Below the pieces are notes generated by a model that saw only the letters and a program-made list of their open reading frames with translations, was not told where the DNA came from and ran no database searches. Positions 56,573-64,000 of a DNA stretch of 64,000 nt are shown one piece after another (the first letter of the stretch is position 1; every line of letters begins with the position of its first letter). This stretch comes from Bacteroidota bacterium (GTDB lineage Bacteria > Bacteroidota > Ignavibacteria > UBA10030 > UBA8401), in contig SXSI01000047.1 in assembly GCA_005792285.1 (NCBI GenBank), forward strand, positions 100,368 through 164,367, in the 5' to 3' direction. The position numbers were made by a program, and so were the translations under genes.

Positions 56573-57289
56573 TTATCTCCCTTGGTTTAGTTTGAATTTG
56601 AATGGAATTGAAACCCAAACTGCGACTGGACCGTTATTCATAATTGCAGGGGTAAAAACCCATTTCATTGCGGCATCAATAGAAGGTTGGTTAAATAATT
56701 CTGCATCTGATTTTATAACTTGAGCTCTTTTTGCTTTGCCTTCTTTGTCAACCCAAATTTTTACCCAAACAGTTCCTTCAACTCCCGCACGTCGAGCAAT
56801 TTCCGGATAAGCTGGTGCAATTTGTTTTACAGGAACAGGATTTTTTTCAACCGGGACAAAATCTGCTGGAGGACCTTCATCTTCGATTTTTATTTCTCCG
56901 CTACCAACTCCTTCTGCTACAGCATCATTAGAAACAGCTGCTAATTCTTCTTGTGTTGCAATTGTAGCTTCGGGATTTATATCTGCGTCAGGAACTGGAA
57001 TTGGAATACCAACTGTTGGTTTTGCACTTGGTTCAGCAATATTTACACGAGGTGCTGCCTCAGCATTTTCAATTGAAGGTGGTGGACCAAGATCACTGTA
57101 CTTCATAATCCGTACAGTATAAACTGGCGCATCTTCTTCTAAAAGAAATTGTGTAATAAAATAACTTGAGACTGCTAGTAAATGAAAAACAATTGCAAAA
57201 GTTAAGGCACGTTTTGCTGACTTGTAATAATATTGTCTTAACTCAATGTAGCCGTAAACTAAAGAAGCAGTATTAATTTGTGTCGTCAT
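56573..57289 (-). CDS. tonB: TonB family energy transducer
   Basis: YG..ELR..Y, TM with His (AIVFH), Pro-rich linker, TonB_C YPEIARRAGVEGTV...W.FTPA...V.IPF.F. Confidence 0.9.
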   Translation of the reverse strand: MTTQINTASLVYGYIELRQYYYKSAKRALTFAIVFHLLAVSSYFITQFLLEEDAPVYTVRIMKYSDLGPPPSIENAEAAPRVNIAEPSAKPTVGIPIPVPDADINPEATIATQEELAAVSNDAVAEGVGSGEIKIEDEGPPADFVPVEKNPVPVKQIAPAYPEIARRAGVEGTVWVKIWVDKEGKAKRAQVIKSDAELFNQPSIDAAMKWVFTPAIMNNGPVAVWVSIPFKFKLNQGR

Positions 57290-57297
57290 TTAAATTC

Positions 57298-57783
57298 CTA
57301 AATCTTTTCTATTAATTTTTTATCATCATCCGTCATTGGCGCTAAACTAAAACGTGTGATATTATTAATATTGAGTTCATCAATTATGTCAACCATATTT
57401 ACATATTTGGCTTTTCGATCTACTTTAATTAATGTGATTAATCGTGGGTTTGCTTTACTTTTGTCGCTCAATATTTTTGCTAATTCTGTGAATTTTATTT
57501 TAACTGGTTTCTCTGAACCGATATTCCAATAAATATTAAATACTTCAGAAATTCTTAAAGTAATTAAATTCGATGCTGCAACTTCAACTTGTGATTCTCC
57601 CGGTGGAAGATTTATTTCCATCGTTTGTGGCTTGCTCATTGTAGTAGTCAACATGAAAAAAGTTAAAAGTAGAAATGCGATATCCACCATTGGCGTCATA
57701 TCGATTCGCACACCTAATCGTTTCGATTTTTTCTTAGTATGTTTTGCTTTTCCGCGAGACTCGCGAACTTGTACATCAGACAT
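57298..57783 (-). CDS. exbD: ExbD/TolR family protein (copy 2)
   Basis: IDMTPMVDIAFLLLTFFML with the conserved TM Asp. Confidence 0.92.
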   Translation of the reverse strand: MSDVQVRESRGKAKHTKKKSKRLGVRIDMTPMVDIAFLLLTFFMLTTTMSKPQTMEINLPPGESQVEVAASNLITLRISEVFNIYWNIGSEKPVKIKFTELAKILSDKSKANPRLITLIKVDRKAKYVNMVDIIDELNINNITRFSLAPMTDDDKKLIEKI

Positions 57784-57792
57784 TATAAATTC

Positions 57793-58245
57793 CTATGATT
57801 TTTCTTCGTTAGTGACAAGGTTAAATCTTGTTACGTTTACTTCTTGTAAAACTTTCATAACATCCTCAATAACTCCAAACTCAGCATCTTTATCCGATTT
57901 AATTACAGTACGTAATTTTGGATTTTTCATTCTTGCACGTGTTAATAATCCACCTAATTCCCGGACTGTAACTTCCATTCCTGCTTTCATGCTATTTTCA
58001 TTGCCAAAAATATTTGCACGCATAATTTGAGAATCAAAGCCAAGATAAACTTCTCCTCCTTTTGCGATCAATACAATTGCAACATCAACATCTGGTAATT
58101 TTATTACAGAATGCGATTCAGGAAGTGTAACTTGCGCTGCTTCATCCGGTTTGAATTGTGTGGTTAACATGAAAAATGTTAAAAGTAAAAATCCAACATC
58201 CACCATTGGTGTCATATCAACCGCTATACCGACTCTTTTAGCCAT
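57793..58245 (-). CDS. exbD: ExbD/TolR family protein (copy 1)
   Basis: VDMTPMVDVGFLLLTFFML, IKSDKDAEFG. Confidence 0.92.
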   Translation of the reverse strand: MAKRVGIAVDMTPMVDVGFLLLTFFMLTTQFKPDEAAQVTLPESHSVIKLPDVDVAIVLIAKGGEVYLGFDSQIMRANIFGNENSMKAGMEVTVRELGGLLTRARMKNPKLRTVIKSDKDAEFGVIEDVMKVLQEVNVTRFNLVTNEEKS

Positions 58246-58281
58246 AATAGTTTACTCTAATTAAAAATGACTGAAAGTTAA

Positions 58282-59025
58282 TTAATTCTTGGAATTTAAA
58301 TTTTCCAATAAATCTTTAGTTGCTTCATCTATAACATATGTAATGCCATCTATTTTAGTTGTAAAGAAGTTGTAAGCAACAATTGCAACGATTGCTATTC
58401 CAATTCCACCTGCAGTATTAAATAGTGCTTCAGAAATTCCGCGTGAAAGTCCAACTGCATCTGCAGAACCAGCTTTTGCAAGAGCTGAAAATGCACGAAT
58501 CATTCCAATAACTGTCCCGAGCAAACCAACCATCGTTGCGATAGATGCAATTGTTGAAAGTGAAACTAAGTTTTTCTCAAGAACCGGCATTTCTAACATT
58601 GTTGTTTCTTCAAATACTCTTTTCACTTCAGTGATTTTTTCTTTTTTCTCAGCACCTTTTGTTTCATTAAGTTCTAAATATCTTGAAAGACCTGATTTTA
58701 AAATATTTGCCATCGAACCTCTTTGTTTGTCGCAAACTTTAATAGCTTCACCAAAATTATTTTCAGTAACGTTTTTAACAACCGATTTTAAGAAAACCGT
58801 TGTGTCTCTAGTTCCTTGTGCTTTTTTTATTGATAGCGATCTTTCAACAATATAAGTTACAACCAAAATTGACATGGCCATTAAAACCGCAATAAGTGGA
58901 CCACCTTGAAATAAATCGTGCAATAAAGTTTTTTCTGGCGCAGCTCCGAAAACTAAATAGTAAATTGAAAATGCAACACTAAAAGCTACGAGCAGTAAAA
59001 TTGTATTAAATGAACCCTGCTTCAT
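58282..59025 (-). CDS. exbB: ExbB/TolQ/MotA family proton-channel subunit
   Basis: LSTIASIATMVGLLGTVIGMIRAF, GISEALFNTA. Confidence 0.93.
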   Translation of the reverse strand: MKQGSFNTILLLVAFSVAFSIYYLVFGAAPEKTLLHDLFQGGPLIAVLMAMSILVVTYIVERSLSIKKAQGTRDTTVFLKSVVKNVTENNFGEAIKVCDKQRGSMANILKSGLSRYLELNETKGAEKKEKITEVKRVFEETTMLEMPVLEKNLVSLSTIASIATMVGLLGTVIGMIRAFSALAKAGSADAVGLSRGISEALFNTAGGIGIAIVAIVAYNFFTTKIDGITYVIDEATKDLLENLNSKN

Positions 59026-59080
59026 TGTTTTGTAACTCCTTATTATTTATGAAAAAAAAAGTATCTTTTTTAGTTTCCGC

Positions 59081-59109
59081 AAGATAAAAACTTTCCTTTA
59101 TAGCTGCAA
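59081..59109 (-). promoter_or_regulatory. Putative promoter of the exbB operon
   Basis: TTGCAG-N17-TATCTT(G) on the minus strand. Confidence 0.55.
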
Positions 59110-59149
59110 TACAAATATAAAATAAATATTTATTTGGAATTATTAATTT

Positions 59150-62100
59150 TTACTTCAAAATTAACATTTTCTTAATATTAGATTTGAAATTATCCCCCGA
59201 TAAATTTTTAGTTCTCATTATATAATAGTAAACCCCTGTTGTCACATTTGAGTTCCATGTTATGCTGTGGTAACCTATTGACTTTTCAGCATTTACGAGC
59301 TCTGCAACTTCTCTTCCTAATACATCGAAAATTACAATCGATACTAAACTTGCTTCTGGTAATTGAAATTCTATTGTAGTAGATGGATTAAATGGATTTG
59401 GATAATTCTGCGAAAGATCAAATTGCAATGGAATCTTTGGTCGGTCAGTTATTGAAAATTCAATTGTCGAATTAAGTGTGTGATTATTTTGTAAATCATA
59501 AGCTTCAATAAATCCATTTATTTTTTGATTTCGTTGTTGTTGTAACGCTGTTACATAAACTACAATTGAAGTCTGTTCAATTTCAGAATCAAATTGTGTA
59601 TTTCCGAAATTAGCAATTGCTACATCAACTACTCCTTTTTCATTTTGTGTACGATCGAGTAGAATAATATTTTTTCTATCTCCCCACATTATTCCTGGAA
59701 CAATTGAATCAATTCTAACAGCTTCGGGATTGAATTGTAAAGCAACACTAATTGCATCAACTGATTTCATTCCTGAAAGTTTAAATGGAATTCCTTTTGA
59801 CTCACCACGTTTAATTACAATCTCATTTGTCGTATTCAATCGATATTGTTGTTTTCGAGATTGCTGATCTTTAGATATTCCTGCAAGATTTAATCCACCA
59901 CTTCTACTATTATCAAATGCCCAGTTCCACATTAATAAAAACACTGAGAGATCTTCAATATTTATTTTTCCATCTCTTAAAGAAGTTACTTTTGGAATCT
60001 TTCCTGTAATTGGACCGATATCTGCAACTTTTAAGTCTCGTTCTTTCCATCCTTTTACAAATATTGCAAGATCTTGTGGCGTTATAAACCCATCAAAAGT
60101 ATAGTCACCTAAGAATTCTGTTAAATAAACTTTCTCAACTTTATTGCTGTCTGTATTTCCAAATGAATCTGTTGCCCACATTGTGAAATAATAATATGTT
60201 GCTGTCTGTAATTTTGTAATAAGTGTTGTGTCCGAAGTGGAAGTTGCATTCGGTGAGTTATAGTTGTAAACCTTTGAAGTCTCGGCCATAAATACTCTAT
60301 ATGTAATCGGTTGTGATAAATCTGATGCAGGTGTCCAGGATAAAATTACAGATCCCGGAATATTTTTTGAATTATTCAACGCTACTTGTATTCCTTGGAA
60401 TAAAGGAGCTTTCAAATCAATTGTAAATGAATCTGAAATTGCTGGTGTACTTGTTCCTGTTAATCCTGTTGCAAGAACTCTCAATTTCATTCCCTTCGAT
60501 TCTGTATTGTTTGCATCATTTCTGCTTAACCAAATAAGTGTTGATTGTGAATCAACTCCAACTAATTTTGTTGTTTTTCCAATTATACTTGCTGCCTTTA
60601 TCCACGTTGCTCCCGCGTTGAACGAATAGTCAAATGATAATGAAACTGTATCTCCACTTGCAGATGAATATGAATAACTAAACTGGACTGTATCTTTATT
60701 TAGTTTCTTCAATACTGTAACATTTTTCATTGAAACTAATTTTCCAGGAGTTCCTTTTTTAATAACTTTATTCGAATCACTATTTCCAATATTGTCTTTT
60801 ACTCTTACAGCAAAATAATATGCATTAAAGTTTGTAAGATTTGTTGCAGAATAAGTTGTATCTGTAATATTCTGCGGAACAACTGCAAAAAGTCCGGTTG
60901 AATCTCCTTTATTTACATAAACCGAATAAGTTACCGGTCCAAATTTCTCAACTGCTTTATTCCAACTAATCGTTACCGCTCCACCATTCGGATTTGAAAT
61001 TACATTTGCAACTCCACTAAATTGCGGTGCACGGTTATCAAGTGAAAATGAATTTGAAATGACTCTGTCACTTGTATCACTTCCAAATGCAACTCTCGTT
61101 CCAATATATATGGTATCTCCTTCAACTTGCGGAGCATCAATTCTAGAATTCCAAATTACTGTATCTGTAACTGGATTTTTAATTGGAAAGATATTTACTA
61201 AAGTTTTATTTAATCCTGTTAATTTTTTCCAGCTTATTCCTTTTGTATCACTATAATAGAAGTGCAAGTTAACTTCATGTGAAGTATCTCCTGCTAATAG
61301 ATAATTGATATTAATATTTCCCGAATGAATTTTTGATACAACTGATAAGATATTTACAAGTGGACCACTATAAATTTTCTTAGTTCTAAATTCCCACACA
61401 GCCGAAAATGTAGAAGTATCACTTCCTTTTATTCCTCTTACCTTCCAGTTATATTTTTTATTCTGTTGTAAATCAGCCGGCAAAACAGTATAAAATGTAT
61501 CGCTTGTAATTGCGTATAATTGTTGTGTTAGTGTTGTAATTGTGTCAAGTACTTGCAGTTCATATTTTTCGTAAACCGCATTTTTAGACCACCTAAATGT
61601 AAATGGCATAACCAAGTCAACCGTAAAATTTGTAGGTTGCTGTAAATTTGGTGCATCATAACCTGGTGCAACTGTAAAATCGGTAGCACTTATTGCCGGC
61701 GGACCTTCCATTGTGCCAACAATAATTCTTCCGGTTCGTGCGTTAATTGGAACTGGTGCATTAATTTCGGTGTCGCTAATTTTTGTGTAAGTAGTAGCAT
61801 TTGCACCAACTCGAATAATATTTAATAAATTATCTTCTCCACCTGTTATAACATATTTTCTATCAAAGCTGCTTGCCGATGAAGTTATTTTTTTTGAATG
61901 ATAGCCATGTGTGCTTTTTATATTGCCAGAAGGATAATCGAAAAAGAAAATTGTACTATCGCTTGTTGCATAGAAAACTGCGTTATCGAACAAAATTCCA
62001 ACACTCGAAATTTCGTTGATGCTCGGTGATGTAATTTTTTTAATTTCGTTGCCGGTTGAAAAATTCAATATCCTTATTTCTTTTCCTGAACTTCCCGATA

Positions 62101-64000
62101 TAATAAATTGTCTACTCCAATCTGCTGCCAGTGCAGTTATTGTACCGGATTGTCCGACGATATCTTTTTCGTAAGTCAATTGTTGGTTTTGGAATTTATA
62201 AACTTTTATTATTCCATTATCTCCACCTACAAAAATCATTTCTCCATCCATCGACATTGCAATAGATTTTATTTCCATCGGAACCGCTAAAGTTGATCTG
62301 AGTTGCTGGTTGCTAACCGAATACATTCTAAGTTCATTAGGGTTTGAAGCAGCAACTGCTAAATAACTATTTCCACCGAATCCTCCGGAAGCCATTGCTT
62401 TAACTTTTCCTCCGGCATTTACTTCTGCAATAAATCCGTTTAAAGTCGAGTAAAAACTAACATTGCCATTATCTCTTCCAACCATAAAATTTTGACTCTC
62501 GTTTGTCATTACAATACTTGTAATATTCCCATTTGGTATTGGATATGAATTTAAAATTGAGTTTGATTTAATCGAATACAAATCGACACTGTTATCGCTT
62601 TTTCCAATAACTATAAGATCTCCACTTTTAGAAGCAACACTTACAATTTGTTTTGAAGAAGTATGTGACTTCTCTTTTGCCATATCTCCTAAAAATCCTA
62701 CAGAATTTAAATTGTTAAAACCACTTCCTTTTATGTTTACAACTGTTCCAACATTTCCAGAACTTGGAGTAAATGAAGTTATCTGAGTATTTGGTCCAAC
62801 ATTTAAACTCCTTCCTAAAATTGTAACATTATCAAACTTCCAAGTAGCATTTGTGTTGTAACCTGAATTTACTCCGGTGTACCCCGAACCATCAAACATT
62901 GCAACTGCTCTTATTGCAAAATTTGGATTATTGCTTGCACTTTGAGGAAAATTATAATCTAGAAAAAACCATTGTGCATTTTGTGCTGTAATATTTCCAA
63001 ATTCTGTCCATTGTTCCGGCATCGATATATTATATTCAAATTTTATTTTATTTGGCGAGCCAATTGTCGGAAACCAATCGATATGTAATTTTATACTATC
63101 AAAATTTATAGTTGCTACGGAAAATTTTACACCAGCTTGCCCGTTGTTTGTACTTTGCGTTGGGAATTGACTTAACGAATAACTTAATCCATCGGATAAA
63201 TTGCCCCAAGGAGCTCCAGGTTCGGTAATTGAAGCAGCCGTATTTCCAATTGTAGAAACTGTTCCTGTGCCAACTGCGGGGCTATAATTTACTCCTTGAT
63301 TAAAATTCCACTGTGTTACAATTCCGGTTTGTGTTGGAACTTGTATTAATTCCGAAATAGGTCGCTTCCAGATTCCCTTACTCCATAAGCCAATATAAAC
63401 ATCCGATTGGTCGTTTGTAATAGAATTACCTTGGGAATTTAGTTTTCTTATTCCGGTTACATTAGACCAGTTCATTCCATTATCAGCTGAGACTAATACT
63501 TCATCCCAAGTTGTTGAAACTAAAAAGTTTTTTACTCGAGCTATACTTGAAAACCAATTATAAGTTGTGTTGCTTTTTGTCCATGAGTTTCCATCATTTA
63601 TTGAAAAGTAAATTCCATCTGAAGAATAAACTACTATTAATCCATTTTCGAACAACCCATTTTGAACTGTACTAGCCGCACCAATATTTGATATCTGCTG
63701 CCAGCTTTTTCCTTCATCTTTCGAAACATACATTGGCATATTCCAAGATAGAAGATAAATTGAATTTCCAACAACCTCGAATCTATTAATATTATTTGTT
63801 GGGTATACAACTCCACTTAATTGCGTAAATGTATTTCCATTATCTGATGAGCGGTATATTTTTGAATCTGATTTAAAAACATATAAATTATTTCCACTTG
63901 TATCTATATTTATTAAATATCCGTCAAATGTTATTAAATTCGTTTTATCTGACCATGTAATTCCATTATCGTTAGAAAAAAATAAATTATTACCCGATGC
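59150..64000 (-). CDS. Large T9SS-secreted modular protein (BNR/Asp-box repeats, beta-sandwich, IPT/TIG with inserted WD40 propeller, Fn3/Ig modules, dockerin-like, cohesin-like, T9SS CTD); 5' truncated
   Basis: Frame stays open to base 64000 (ASGNNLFFSNDNGITW...), giving more than 1600 aa; S.D.G..W repeats; C-terminal LSQNYPNPFNPSTTIEF...GVYYY...KKMLILK. Confidence 0.9.
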   Translation of the reverse strand, partial: ASGNNLFFSNDNGITWSDKTNLITFDGYLINIDTSGNNLYVFKSDSKIYRSSDNGNTFTQLSGVVYPTNNINRFEVVGNSIYLLSWNMPMYVSKDEGKSWQQISNIGAASTVQNGLFENGLIVVYSSDGIYFSINDGNSWTKSNTTYNWFSSIARVKNFLVSTTWDEVLVSADNGMNWSNVTGIRKLNSQGNSITNDQSDVYIGLWSKGIWKRPISELIQVPTQTGIVTQWNFNQGVNYSPAVGTGTVSTIGNTAASITEPGAPWGNLSDGLSYSLSQFPTQSTNNGQAGVKFSVATINFDSIKLHIDWFPTIGSPNKIKFEYNISMPEQWTEFGNITAQNAQWFFLDYNFPQSASNNPNFAIRAVAMFDGSGYTGVNSGYNTNATWKFDNVTILGRSLNVGPNTQITSFTPSSGNVGTVVNIKGSGFNNLNSVGFLGDMAKEKSHTSSKQIVSVASKSGDLIVIGKSDNSVDLYSIKSNSILNSYPIPNGNITSIVMTNESQNFMVGRDNGNVSFYSTLNGFIAEVNAGGKVKAMASGGFGGNSYLAVAASNPNELRMYSVSNQQLRSTLAVPMEIKSIAMSMDGEMIFVGGDNGIIKVYKFQNQQLTYEKDIVGQSGTITALAADWSRQFIISGSSGKEIRILNFSTGNEIKKITSPSINEISSVGILFDNAVFYATSDSTIFFFDYPSGNIKSTHGYHSKKITSSASSFDRKYVITGGEDNLLNIIRVGANATTYTKISDTEINAPVPINARTGRIIVGTMEGPPAISATDFTVAPGYDAPNLQQPTNFTVDLVMPFTFRWSKNAVYEKYELQVLDTITTLTQQLYAITSDTFYTVLPADLQQNKKYNWKVRGIKGSDTSTFSAVWEFRTKKIYSGPLVNILSVVSKIHSGNININYLLAGDTSHEVNLHFYYSDTKGISWKKLTGLNKTLVNIFPIKNPVTDTVIWNSRIDAPQVEGDTIYIGTRVAFGSDTSDRVISNSFSLDNRAPQFSGVANVISNPNGGAVTISWNKAVEKFGPVTYSVYVNKGDSTGLFAVVPQNITDTTYSATNLTNFNAYYFAVRVKDNIGNSDSNKVIKKGTPGKLVSMKNVTVLKKLNKDTVQFSYSYSSASGDTVSLSFDYSFNAGATWIKAASIIGKTTKLVGVDSQSTLIWLSRNDANNTESKGMKLRVLATGLTGTSTPAISDSFTIDLKAPLFQGIQVALNNSKNIPGSVILSWTPASDLSQPITYRVFMAETSKVYNYNSPNATSTSDTTLITKLQTATYYYFTMWATDSFGNTDSNKVEKVYLTEFLGDYTFDGFITPQDLAIFVKGWKERDLKVADIGPITGKIPKVTSLRDGKINIEDLSVFLLMWNWAFDNSRSGGLNLAGISKDQQSRKQQYRLNTTNEIVIKRGESKGIPFKLSGMKSVDAISVALQFNPEAVRIDSIVPGIMWGDRKNIILLDRTQNEKGVVDVAIANFGNTQFDSEIEQTSIVVYVTALQQQRNQKINGFIEAYDLQNNHTLNSTIEFSITDRPKIPLQFDLSQNYPNPFNPSTTIEFQLPEASLVSIVIFDVLGREVAELVNAEKSIGYHSITWNSNVTTGVYYYIMRTKNLSGDNFKSNIKKMLILK

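Noticed and set aside
59052-59060. A9 tract in the exbB leader as a phase-variation switch
   Set aside because: Homopolymers of this length are expected at this AT content, and it lies outside the promoter spacer and coding sequence.
377-62290. Many 60-150 aa alternative-frame and antisense ORFs in the ORF track (e.g. 3457-3909, 37352-37735, 57632-58030)
   Set aside because: They overlap well-supported genes and show no recognisable motifs; they are shadow ORFs.

Overview
AT-rich (roughly 30% GC by eye), gene-dense core-genome window from a Bacteroidota/Chlorobiota-lineage bacterium, most likely Ignavibacteria-like. The assignment is inferred from a T9SS C-terminal domain of the LSQNYPNPFNP type, an Hc1-like protein, the exbB-exbD-exbD-tonB-pstS-like-TPR locus, TTG-N17-TAnnnT(TG) promoters and partial Shine-Dalgarno use. 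Contents in order: polA 3' end; rplM-rpsI-rpsB-tsf-pyrH-frr; a 2-oxoacid dehydrogenase/lipoylation cluster; rpsU with a Zn-ribbon/Tudor-like neighbour; an extended feo operon; dinB/ychF; a ccdA-nrnA-pepA-pdxA-ftsE block; a long minus-strand run from tsaD to nifU; dacB-QC-prmA-ppx; iscS; an ECF sigma/anti-sigma unit; terC; tRNA-Leu(CAG); an 8-gene ExbBD-TonB envelope operon; and a large T9SS-secreted modular protein truncated at the window edge. I found no mobile element, CRISPR array or prophage. Best candidates for something undescribed: (1) a feoA-feoB-Cys peptide-beta-barrel-cytochrome c lipoprotein-SufT operon behind twin IscR/Rrf2-type operators; (2) the ExbBD-TonB operon with a PstS-like lipoprotein, TPR protein and PsbP-like lipoprotein but no transporter; (3) a WD40 propeller inserted inside an IPT/TIG domain; (4) the Zn-ribbon plus Tudor-like protein before rpsU. 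All family calls are by motif recognition, not database search.
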